From assembly GCA_964624475.1 (NCBI GenBank), contig CAZUYC010000083.1:135792-199791 (forward strand): a stretch of 64,000 nt of DNA. Direction: 5' to 3'. The notes beneath the pieces are model-generated. The model ran no database searches. It was not told where the DNA came from and was given only the letters and a program-made list of their open reading frames with translations. This stretch comes from an uncultured Spirochaetales bacterium (GTDB lineage: Bacteria; Myxococcota_A; UBA9160; SMWR01). The stretch's first letter is position 1; every line of letters begins with the position of its first letter. Below are positions 54,705 through 62,701 of this stretch, piece by piece. The position numbers and the translations under genes are program-made.

Positions 54705-55655
54705 ATGTTCCGCGTGGCGCACCTCACGGATCTGCATGCGACCCCCGCGCGGCCGGCGATCGCCGCCCTGCTCGGCAAGCGCTTCTTCGGCTGGCTCTCC
54801 TGGCAGATCCGACGCCGGCACGCGCACCAGGAGCGCGTGCTCGACGCCCTGGTCGCCGATCTGCAGCGCCAGGCTCCGGATCAGATCGTCGTGACGGGCG
54901 ACCTCACGAACGTGGCGGGGGAGGAGGAGTTCCCGGCCGCCCGCGCCTGGCTCGAGCGCCTCGGTCCCCCGGCGCGCGTCTCGGTCGTGCCGGGCAATCA
55001 CGACGCCTACGTCTTTGTCCCGGCGGAGCGCGGCGTGGCGCTCTGGGGCGACTACATGGAGTCCGACGCCGCCGGCCACGAGGCGCCGCCGCCGGGCGAG
55101 TTCCCGACACTGCGCGTGCGCGGCCCGCTCGCCGTGGTCGGCGTGAGCTCCGCCGTCCCGACGCCGCTCTTCCAGGCCGCGGGCCGCGTCGGCGCGCCCC
55201 AGCTCGCGCGGCTCGAGGCGCTGCTCGCGCGGCTCGGCCGCGCGGGGCTCTTCCGGATGGTCCTGATCCACCATCCGCCGGAGCCCGGGGTCGTGTCGCG
55301 CCGGCGCGAGCTGCGCGACGCCTCGCAGCTGCGCGACGTCTTCGCGCGCGTCGGCGCGGAGCTCGTGCTCCACGGCCACACGCACCGCGCGCGCGTCGGC
55401 GCGCTCGCCGGGCCCGATGGTCCGATCCCCGTGGTCGGCGCCCGCTCCGCGTCGGACGTCGGGCTCCGCCCCGAGAAGCGCGCGCAGTACCACCTCTACG
55501 AGGTTGCCCCCTACGAGGTCGCCCCCTACGAGGTCGAGCCCGGCGCCGCGCAGCCCCCGGGCACGCCCGGCCCGCGCTTCCGGATCCGGATGCGCGTGCG
55601 CGGCTACGACCCGGAGGCGGGTGGGTTCACCGCCGAGGACGAGCGCAGCCTCTGA
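54705..55655 (+). CDS. Calcineurin-like metallophosphoesterase
   Basis: HLTDLH, TGDLTN, GNHD, HHPP, HGHTH motifs. Confidence 0.85.
   Translation: MFRVAHLTDLHATPARPAIAALLGKRFFGWLSWQIRRRHAHQERVLDALVADLQRQAPDQIVVTGDLTNVAGEEEFPAARAWLERLGPPARVSVVPGNHDAYVFVPAERGVALWGDYMESDAAGHEAPPPGEFPTLRVRGPLAVVGVSSAVPTPLFQAAGRVGAPQLARLEALLARLGRAGLFRMVLIHHPPEPGVVSRRRELRDASQLRDVFARVGAELVLHGHTHRARVGALAGPDGPIPVVGARSASDVGLRPEKRAQYHLYEVAPYEVAPYEVEPGAAQPPGTPGPRFRIRMRVRGYDPEAGGFTAEDERSL
55497..55538 (+). repeat. In-frame 15-bp tandem repeat (about 2.8 copies)
   Basis: TACGAGGTYGCCCCC repeats, encoding YEVAPYEVAPYEVEP. Confidence 0.85.
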
Positions 55656-56437
55656 TCCGCGGCGACCAGCTCGCGCGCGAGCGCGAGGTCGTCGGGCTTG
55701 TCCACGTCGACCGCGGCCTCCGGGTAGGGCAGGCGGACGGCCGCGATGCGCGCGCCGATCGCACGCGAGGCGCGCGCGAGCGCAGCGTCGAGCTCGAGCC
55801 GGCGCAGCAGGAAGAGGGCGAGCGCGACCGGCCCGAACGCGGAGACGAGCCGCCACGGGCGCTTGCGGAAGCGCTCGACCCGCACCCAGAACGCAGCGGC
55901 GCGCTGCGCCTCCCGCGTGCGGAAGAGGAAGAGATTCGCCCCCGAGTAGGCGTCGTCGCGGAACGGGATGTAGGTGCGCTTCGATTCGGGGAAGCGCGCG
56001 CGCAGGATGCGCGCGGCGACGAGCCCGACCGCGAGGTCGGCGCCGCTCGCCTCGGCGTCGGCGAGGAATCGCGCGACGATCTGCGGGCGCAGCAGGGCGT
56101 GGTCGGCCGTCGTGACGAGGAGCCTGCGCCCGGGCGGCAGACCCTGGAGCGCGTCGAGGACGCTCCGGCTCGGCGAGGGCAGGCTCCGCTGCACCGCCAG
56201 CTCTCCCTCGCGCACGAGCCCCGCGAGTTCCGGGACCGCCGCGAGCGCCGTCGGCTCCTCGATGCTCACGGTGATCCGGCCCATCCCTGGCGTCGCGCGC
56301 AGCGCGCGCACCACGCGCAGGAGCATCGCCTGCCCGCCCACCTCGAGCAGCGCGCGGTGGCGGGCGCCCTCGGCGCTCGCGAGCGGATCCGCGGGCCCGC
56401 GGCTGCCGGCGAGGACGAGGGCGTCGAGGGGAGGCAA
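55604..56437 (-). CDS. MobA-like nucleotidyltransferase (NTP_transf_3-type)
   Basis: LDALVLAGSRGPADPLA ... TTADHALL. The start is ambiguous. TTG 56437 lies just after the repeats, while GTG 56608 would translate both REP units (SLASGSLRGGSAA twice). Confidence 0.68.
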   Translation of the reverse strand: MPPLDALVLAGSRGPADPLASAEGARHRALLEVGGQAMLLRVVRALRATPGMGRITVSIEEPTALAAVPELAGLVREGELAVQRSLPSPSRSVLDALQGLPPGRRLLVTTADHALLRPQIVARFLADAEASGADLAVGLVAARILRARFPESKRTYIPFRDDAYSGANLFLFRTREAQRAAAFWVRVERFRKRPWRLVSAFGPVALALFLLRRLELDAALARASRAIGARIAAVRLPYPEAAVDVDKPDDLALARELVAADQRLRSSSAVNPPASGS

Positions 56438-56562
56438 GGCGGCGGAGCCGCCGCGCAGCGAGCCGGAGGCGAGCGAAGACCTGCCGGCCTGCTCGTCGTC
56501 GACCGGCCGCCCGCCAGACGAGGCGGCGGAGCCGCCGCGCAGCGAGCCGGAGGCGAGCGAAG
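56438..56562 (+). repeat. Two 41-nt REP-like units (56438..56478 and 56522..56562; period 84)
   Basis: GGCGGCGGAGCCGCCGCGCAGCGAGCCGGAGGCGAGCGAAG occurs twice. Hairpin GGCGGC-GGA-GCCGCC. Confidence 0.88.
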
Positions 56563-56604
56563 GCGGGCCCCCGCTGGGGTGGGTTGCGTTGCGGCCGTTC
56601 GACG

Positions 56605-58317
56605 TCACGCCGAGGCGACCGGCTCGACCCGCGTCGCGTGGTGCTTCTCGATCCGGTAGGTGCGGTCGGCCACGCCGAGGAGCGCCGGCTGGTGCGAGAT
56701 CGCGACGACCGTGGTCTTGCCGCGCAGCTCGGCCACGGTGGCCCAGACGGCGGCCTCCGCCTCGGGGTCGAGCGCGGCGGTGGCCTCGTCGAGGATCAGG
56801 AGCTTCGGGCGGTGCACCAGCGCGCGCGCAATCGCGATGCGCTGGCGCTGCCCCCCGGAGAGGAGCGCGCCGCGCTCTCCGACCGCAGCGGCGAGGCCCT
56901 CGGACCGGGCGGCCACGAAGTCGAGGGCGCCCGCGTCGCGCAGCGCCCGCTCCACGTCCGCGTCGTCGAGCGTCGGGTCGCCGAGCGTCACGTTGGTCCG
57001 GATCGTGTCGTTGAAGAGCAGCGTCTCCTGGGTCACGTAGCCGACCGAGCGCCGCCAGCGGCGCAGGTCGAGCCCCTCGAGCGGGACTCCGTCGACGAAG
57101 ACCCGGCCCGCGTCGGGCCGCACGAGGCCCGTCACGAGGTCCACGATCGTCGTCTTGCCGGCCCCGGACGCGCCGACGATCGCGGTGATCGAGCCGCGCG
57201 GGATCTCGAGGTCGAGCCCATCGAAGACCGGGGTGCCGTCGTAGGCGAGGCGCACGTCGCGCAGCTCGATCGAGCGCTCGAGCGTCGGCTCGCGACCCCC
57301 GCCCGCCACCTCGACTTCACGCTCCGCGCTCTCGATCATGCGCCGCATCGCCTCGAGCGCGCTCTCGTCGACGGCGAGATCCTGCACCTTGCGCTGCATC
57401 TTGTGGATCGCGAGGAGCATGCGCGCGAAGAGCAGGACGAGCACGATCAGCGACGCGGGCGGGATCGCGAGCATCCGGTGTCCGATCCACAGCCCGGTCA
57501 TGCCGAAGAGGACCAGGACGGGCTCCTGGAGCGCGCGCAGCGACTCCTTGGAGAGCACCTGCTTGCGCAGGGCCTTGTTGAGGCGCTGCGCGTCCTTCTC
57601 GAGCAGCGGCCCGACGAGCGTGTCCCGCCCGGTCGCCTTGAGGAGCTTGAGCGCCTGCAGCGCGTCGGTGAGCTGGCGCACGAGCGAGCGCAGCACGGTG
57701 GTCTGCTTCAGGCCGGCGCGCTTCGTCATGCGCACGAAGACGTTCAGCACGGCGATCGTGAACGCCCCGGCCGCCGAGGCTGCGAGCGTCACCCGCCAGG
57801 AGATGGCGCTGGCGATGACCATCGCGAAGAGCACCTCGAAGGCGCCGGAGAGGACCTGGGCGAGGTAGTGGTAGGCCTGTGCCGCGCGCGTGGCCTCGGA
57901 GGCCATCGCGTTGGGCGCGAGCCCGAGGGGCAACCGCGCGTAGTAGCTCCAGCGTGAGGCGAGTAGCGCGCGCAAAAGGCCGAGGCGCAGGTCGGTCGCC
58001 ACCTGGGCCACCATGTACCCGACGCGCCGGTTCGAGAGCAGGAGCAGACCGGCCTTGATCGGGAAGACCAGGCACACGAAGGCGACCAGCACCTCGACCG
58101 TCGGCTCCAGGCCGACGAGTGCGAAGGCCTCGGCGACGCGGGACTCGAATCCGCCGGCCGCGGCGGGGCCGGCCCCGTCGCCGCGCAGCACGAGGCCGAG
58201 GAGCGGGACGACGGCGCTGAGCCCGAGCCCCTCGAGGAGCCCGGCGGCGAAGAGGCAGCAGAGGACGGTGACGCTCTGCCAGGGATAGCGGCGTGTGAAG
58301 TAGCGAAGGGTTTCCAT
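56605..58317 (-). CDS. ABC transporter, fused permease/ATPase (MsbA-like exporter)
   Basis: Six-TM N-terminal half. Walker A GASGAGKTT, signature LSGGQRQRIAIARAL, Walker B LLILDEAT. Confidence 0.92.
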   Translation of the reverse strand: METLRYFTRRYPWQSVTVLCCLFAAGLLEGLGLSAVVPLLGLVLRGDGAGPAAAGGFESRVAEAFALVGLEPTVEVLVAFVCLVFPIKAGLLLLSNRRVGYMVAQVATDLRLGLLRALLASRWSYYARLPLGLAPNAMASEATRAAQAYHYLAQVLSGAFEVLFAMVIASAISWRVTLAASAAGAFTIAVLNVFVRMTKRAGLKQTTVLRSLVRQLTDALQALKLLKATGRDTLVGPLLEKDAQRLNKALRKQVLSKESLRALQEPVLVLFGMTGLWIGHRMLAIPPASLIVLVLLFARMLLAIHKMQRKVQDLAVDESALEAMRRMIESAEREVEVAGGGREPTLERSIELRDVRLAYDGTPVFDGLDLEIPRGSITAIVGASGAGKTTIVDLVTGLVRPDAGRVFVDGVPLEGLDLRRWRRSVGYVTQETLLFNDTIRTNVTLGDPTLDDADVERALRDAGALDFVAARSEGLAAAVGERGALLSGGQRQRIAIARALVHRPKLLILDEATAALDPEAEAAVWATVAELRGKTTVVAISHQPALLGVADRTYRIEKHHATRVEPVASA

Positions 58318-58416
58318 CGACCTGCTTCGGAGGGGATCGGTCGCCCCGAGGCCGGGGTCAAGAGGCTAGCCCACCCAGGCCTCGATCAGCGCGAAGTCCC
58401 CGCGGGGCCGGATCTC

Positions 58417-60603
58417 CTAGGCCACTCCTCCCGGCTCCGGTATCCCCAGTAGCGCCCGCACGCGGCTCGCCACGGCGAGCGCGTCGCGCAGCGGCTCCTG
58501 GCTCCCGCTGGAGCCGGGCGTCGCGCTCACACCCATCCCGGGGGTCCCGAACGCGGGGGTCCCGAACGCCTGCGCGAGCCCGCGACGCGCGAGCTCTGCG
58601 TGGAGCAGGCGGAGATCGCGCGCGGGCCGGACGAAGCCCCGCTCGACGAGGCGTCCGCACAGGCGTTCGAGCCCGCGCTGCGGCCCGGGGGTCCCGCGCG
58701 GCCCCGCGGGTCGCTTCTCGGCGCGCGCGCGGACGAGGTCGCGCGGCCAGCGCAGGACCCCGAAGCTCCGGCGCTCGGCCAGCGGGTAGACCAGGACCGG
58801 CTTCCCGGTCGACGCCGCCTCGGCGAGCATCGACTCGGAGTCGGCCGTGACCACGATCCGGTCGGCCCAGGCGAGGAGCCCCAGATACGGGTTCTCCCCG
58901 GGATCGCCGGCCCGGTAGACGAGGGCGTGCGGGCCGAGCGCGGCGCAGAAGGCAAGGACGGCGGCGCGCCCGGTGCGCCGGCTCGTCGTCGCGAGGAGCG
59001 ATCCGCCGAGCTCGTGCGCCATGCGGGCCACGTCGGCGCCGAGGCGCCCCGCCTGCACGGCGTCGATCCGGTACTGGCCCGAGCTTCCCCCGACCAGGAT
59101 CGCGATCCGCGGCGCGGCGAGCGAGGCGAAGCGCGCGCGCCAGCGTTCGCGGGCCTCGGCGATCCGGGCAGGCGTCACGGAGTGAAGGGGTGCGCAGGTC
59201 TCGATCCGCCGCGGGTGGGGGAAGAGCCGGCAGTAGGCGGGGGTCGCGACGAGGTCGAAGAGCTCCGCCGCGTCGCCGCCTTTGCGGCCGAGCTGGACCA
59301 CGCGCGTGCGGCCGCGGCTGCGCACGCGGATCCACAGCGCAGCGGGGGCGGTGCGCCTGCCCGCCGCGATCACCAGGTCGGGCCACGGGGGCTCGAGCGC
59401 GTCGGAGCCCGCCCGGCCGAACCCCGCCCGGCTCGCGCCGAGGATCCGATTGTGGACCAGGGAGAGCGGCCCCGGCCGGAGGGACTTGCGCTCGTAGGGC
59501 CAGCCCAGCGCCTCGGCCAGGCCGATCGACTGGGTCGAGTTCCCGCCGCGATCGTCGGTCAGGATCCAGACGCGAGGCGGGGATCCGTCGGGCCGGGGGC
59601 CGCCCGCGCGCTCGCTGCGGGCGCCGTCGGCCGACGTGAGGATCGCCTCCCAGCGCGCGCCGGTGTGCGCCCGCGCGACCGCCTCGATCCGCTCGATCCA
59701 CCACTCGGGCGTCCGCGCGGGCTCCACGGCCGCGTTCCGCGGTCGCGCCGCTTCGCACGCGATCTCGATCCGCACGCCGGGGCCCGGGCTGCGGAAGATC
59801 TCGTCGAGCCGCCAGGGCAGGTCGTCCGTGGGGGTCGCCTCGAGGCGAGGCTCGGCTGCGCCCCCGCGGTAGCGGGGGCTCGGCTGCTCGCGCGTGAAGA
59901 CCCGGTACCCCCGAAGGTCGGCCTCTGCCTCGAGCCCGAGCCACAGCGGCGCATGGGGGTTCGGCTGGTAGACGAAGCGTTCGGGAAAGGGCCGCCACGG
60001 CTGGGTGTGGAGCGTCGTGTAGTGGAGGCACTTCGAGAGGCCGGGGACGTACTCCTCGTCGCGCGCGTTCCACTCCGGGGGGAGGCGGCCGCGGAGGCCG
60101 GGGACGCCGAGCGCGCGCCGGACGAGCTCGGCCTTGGACTCCCGCCGGGCGGCGTCTAGCGTCCAGACCGAGGTCATCCGGGCGCAGTCGAGGAGCATCA
60201 CCGAGGGGTCGTCCGGGGCCACGCTCAGGAACCCGTGGCCCCCGAGGTCGGCGTCGAAGAGCTCCGCGGGGTCGGCCAGGTAGATCTGGTCGACGTCGTT
60301 GTAGAGGGCGCGACCGGATCCCCCGGCGAAGTGGGGAATCGCGAAGCGGTAGTTGGTGAATCCGGTGGTCCAGCCGCGGCGCTGGAATCCCGATAGGCCC
60401 TTCAGGAGCCAGATCTCGTAGCGGCGGGAGGGGTTTCGGACGCGCTCGACGGACCAGAAGAAGACGCGCTCGGCGCGCTGCTGCGCCGCCTCGGAACCGA
60501 GGAAGATGCGCACGGGAGGACGGGAATCGGGGCGGGAGCCCGGGCGGACCTCGAGCACGACCCGCTCTGGTTCGGAGCGATCCTCGCCGCCTGTGGCCCT
60601 CAT
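58417..60603 (-). CDS. Fusion of a GT8-like glycosyltransferase domain and an ELM1/DUF1022-like domain
   Basis: N-terminal part: RALYNDVDQIYLADP (DxD), HYTTLHTQPW. C-terminal part: VWILTDDRGGNSTQSIGLAEALGWP, AILVGGSSG, VTADSESMLAEA. The start (ATG 60603 or TTG 60666) is uncertain. Confidence 0.7.
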   Translation of the reverse strand: MRATGGEDRSEPERVVLEVRPGSRPDSRPPVRIFLGSEAAQQRAERVFFWSVERVRNPSRRYEIWLLKGLSGFQRRGWTTGFTNYRFAIPHFAGGSGRALYNDVDQIYLADPAELFDADLGGHGFLSVAPDDPSVMLLDCARMTSVWTLDAARRESKAELVRRALGVPGLRGRLPPEWNARDEEYVPGLSKCLHYTTLHTQPWRPFPERFVYQPNPHAPLWLGLEAEADLRGYRVFTREQPSPRYRGGAAEPRLEATPTDDLPWRLDEIFRSPGPGVRIEIACEAARPRNAAVEPARTPEWWIERIEAVARAHTGARWEAILTSADGARSERAGGPRPDGSPPRVWILTDDRGGNSTQSIGLAEALGWPYERKSLRPGPLSLVHNRILGASRAGFGRAGSDALEPPWPDLVIAAGRRTAPAALWIRVRSRGRTRVVQLGRKGGDAAELFDLVATPAYCRLFPHPRRIETCAPLHSVTPARIAEARERWRARFASLAAPRIAILVGGSSGQYRIDAVQAGRLGADVARMAHELGGSLLATTSRRTGRAAVLAFCAALGPHALVYRAGDPGENPYLGLLAWADRIVVTADSESMLAEAASTGKPVLVYPLAERRSFGVLRWPRDLVRARAEKRPAGPRGTPGPQRGLERLCGRLVERGFVRPARDLRLLHAELARRGLAQAFGTPAFGTPGMGVSATPGSSGSQEPLRDALAVASRVRALLGIPEPGGVA

Positions 60604-60730
60604 CTCGCGCGGCGATTCTACCGACCCGCAGGCAAAGGGGATGCGCAGGGTGTCGAGCGCCGGCAACGGCGGTGACCGGGGTCACAGAAACGTGTGTGGT
60701 GAAAAAACCTCGCCCAAAAGGGGGAGGGGC

Positions 60731-60759
60731 TAGTCAGGCGCTCCAGTTCTCGCTATCTA
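60731..60759 (+). promoter_or_regulatory. Putative kdsA promoter (TAGTCA-N17-TATCTA)
   Basis: Same -35-like hexamer as upstream of the MarR gene. Followed by RBS GGAGGGAGG. Confidence 0.3.
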
Positions 60760-60781
60760 GCCCGCGCGTAGGAGGGAGGCC

Positions 60782-61585
60782 ATGCGAGTCGGTGAGATTG
60801 CCATCGGACGGGGTGAGCCCCTGGTCCTGATCTCCGGGCTCAACGTGATCGAGACGCTCGATGCGACCCTCGACTGCGCGGAGGCGGTGCAGGGCGTCGC
60901 CGATCGCCACGGGTTGCCGGTGATCTTCAAGGCGTCCTTCGACAAGGCGAACCGGTCGAGCCAGCGCTCGTATCGCGGTCCGGGCCTCGACGAGGGCATG
61001 CGAATCCTCGCGCGCGTGAAGCGGGAGACGGGGCTTGCGGTCGTGACCGACGTGCACGAGCCCGGCCAGGCGAAGCTCGTGGCCGAGGTGGCGGACTGCC
61101 TGCAGATCCCGGCCTTCCTGTGCCGCCAGACCGACCTGATCGCCGCCGCGGCCGCCACCGGCCGCCCGCTCAACATCAAGAAGGGGCAGTTCATGTCGCC
61201 CCTCGACATGCAGCGGGTGGCGGAGAAGGCCGAGAGCTTCGGGGCGCCCGGGGTCCTGCTGACCGAGCGCGGCACGAGCTTCGGCTACAACGAGCTCGTG
61301 GTCGACATGCGCGGCCTCGTCCAGATGCGGGAGTTCGCGCCGGTCTGCTTCGACGCCTCCCATTCGGTGCAGCACCCGGGCGCGGGAGAGCTCGCGAGCC
61401 AGGGCGACCGCCGTTTCGTGGCGCCGCTCGCGCGCGCCGCGGCCGCGATCGGGATCGACGCCCTCTTCGTCGAGGTCCATGCCGACCCCGAGCGGGCGCC
61501 CTGCGATGGGCTGTGCCAGATCCGGCCGGACGAGCTGGACCGGCTCGTCACCGAGGTCTGCGCGATCCGCGCCGCCCTGCCTTAG
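60782..61585 (+). CDS. kdsA: 3-deoxy-8-phosphooctulonate (KDO-8-P) synthase
   Basis: LISGLNVIE, VIFKASFDKANRSS, DVHE, FDASHSVQ. Confidence 0.93.
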   Translation: MRVGEIAIGRGEPLVLISGLNVIETLDATLDCAEAVQGVADRHGLPVIFKASFDKANRSSQRSYRGPGLDEGMRILARVKRETGLAVVTDVHEPGQAKLVAEVADCLQIPAFLCRQTDLIAAAAATGRPLNIKKGQFMSPLDMQRVAEKAESFGAPGVLLTERGTSFGYNELVVDMRGLVQMREFAPVCFDASHSVQHPGAGELASQGDRRFVAPLARAAAAIGIDALFVEVHADPERAPCDGLCQIRPDELDRLVTEVCAIRAALP

Positions 61586-61598
61586 CGGGGGAGCCGCA

Positions 61599-61683
61599 CT
61601 TCGCTCGGCTTCGCCTCGCTGCGCGGCCGCGGCTTGATCGAACTCCGCTCGCCTGCGGCTCGCTGCGCGCGCCCTGCGGGCGC
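61599..61683 (-). repeat. Two REP-like units between convergent genes (61599..61633 and 61643..61683)
   Basis: CTTCGCTCGGCTTCGCCTCGCTGCGCGGCCGC and CTCCGCTCGCCTGCGGCTCGCTGCGCGCGCCCTGCGGGCGC (hairpin GCGCCC-TGC-GGGCGC). Confidence 0.85.
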
Positions 61684-61728
61684 TTGCCTCGGGTCTCGGG
61701 GCGGGTCGGGTGGGAGTCGGAGCCTCGC

Positions 61729-62496
61729 TCAGCGCCCCGCGACCGCCCGCGGCTGCCGCAGGGCGACTGGACCGCGCAGGCTCTCCCGAGCCTCCTCGAG
61801 GTCCTCGCGGGAGTCGATCTCGCGCCACCACATGCCGCGGATCGAGGCGGTCTCGACGCCGCCCTCGGCTGCCAGGCCGTCGATGACTGAGAGATACCAG
61901 GCGCGGAGCGCCTCCGGCCGGCGCATCGCGTGCTCGACGGCGCTCCGGAAGCGGCGCACGCCGGGGCCGCGGAAGAGCAGGACCCCGATCGACTCGCCGT
62001 GCACGACCTCGGGCTTGAGCGTCTTGCTGATCGCGAGCAGGCGCCCATCGTCGTCGAGCGACACCTTCATGTCGTCGTCGTCGTAGGCGGGCTTGTGATC
62101 GATCGTCACGGTGACCGGGGCGGCGGGCGACCCGAGCAGTCGGCGCAGCACCGTCGGCTCGAAGAGGGTGTCGCCGTTCAGCAGCACGAAGTCCTCGCTC
62201 ATGGCCTCGCGTACGACCCAGCAGGTCGCGAGGTTGTCGCTCGCGGCGTAGAAGGGGTTGAAGACGAGGTCCACCGCGAGCCCCGGCAGCGCTGCCCCCG
62301 CGAGGAAGCGCTCGACCCGGTCCACGCCGAAGCCCGAGACGACGCTCACCCGGGTGATCCCGCAGCGCGCGAGTGTGGCGAGTTGGTACTCGAGCACCGA
62401 TTTCTCCCCGTCGACGGCGAGCAGGCACTTCGGGATCTCGGCGGTCAGGGGCAGCAGCCGCTTGCCCTGGCCGGCGCTCAGCACGATGGCTCTCAT
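61729..62496 (-). CDS. Nucleotidyltransferase (LicC/COG1213-type cytidylyltransferase-like)
   Basis: MRAIVLSAGQGKRLLPLTAEIPKCLL, LLNGDTLF. Confidence 0.8.
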   Translation of the reverse strand: MRAIVLSAGQGKRLLPLTAEIPKCLLAVDGEKSVLEYQLATLARCGITRVSVVSGFGVDRVERFLAGAALPGLAVDLVFNPFYAASDNLATCWVVREAMSEDFVLLNGDTLFEPTVLRRLLGSPAAPVTVTIDHKPAYDDDDMKVSLDDDGRLLAISKTLKPEVVHGESIGVLLFRGPGVRRFRSAVEHAMRRPEALRAWYLSVIDGLAAEGGVETASIRGMWWREIDSREDLEEARESLRGPVALRQPRAVAGR

Positions 62497-62563
62497 GGGC
62501 TCCCTTCTCGGCGCCGGCGCGCTCCCGCCGTTGCTCGGGGTCGCGGGGGCGACCTAGGATCTC

Positions 62564-62605
62564 GGCGGGGGCCCGCCTTCGCTCGCCTGCGGCTGCTGGC
62601 GGGGG
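62564..62605. repeat. Degenerate REP-like copy
   Basis: GGCGGG-GG-CCCGCC hairpin followed by TTCGCTCGCCTGCGGCTGCTGGCG. Confidence 0.5.
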
Positions 62606-62701
62606 AGGCCAGACCATAGTGAAGCTCCCCGGGCGGCGACAGCCGGCCCGCCCCACACCCGGATTCCCTGCGGGGCACGCCCGTTCCTCCCGAGGAGACC
62701 G

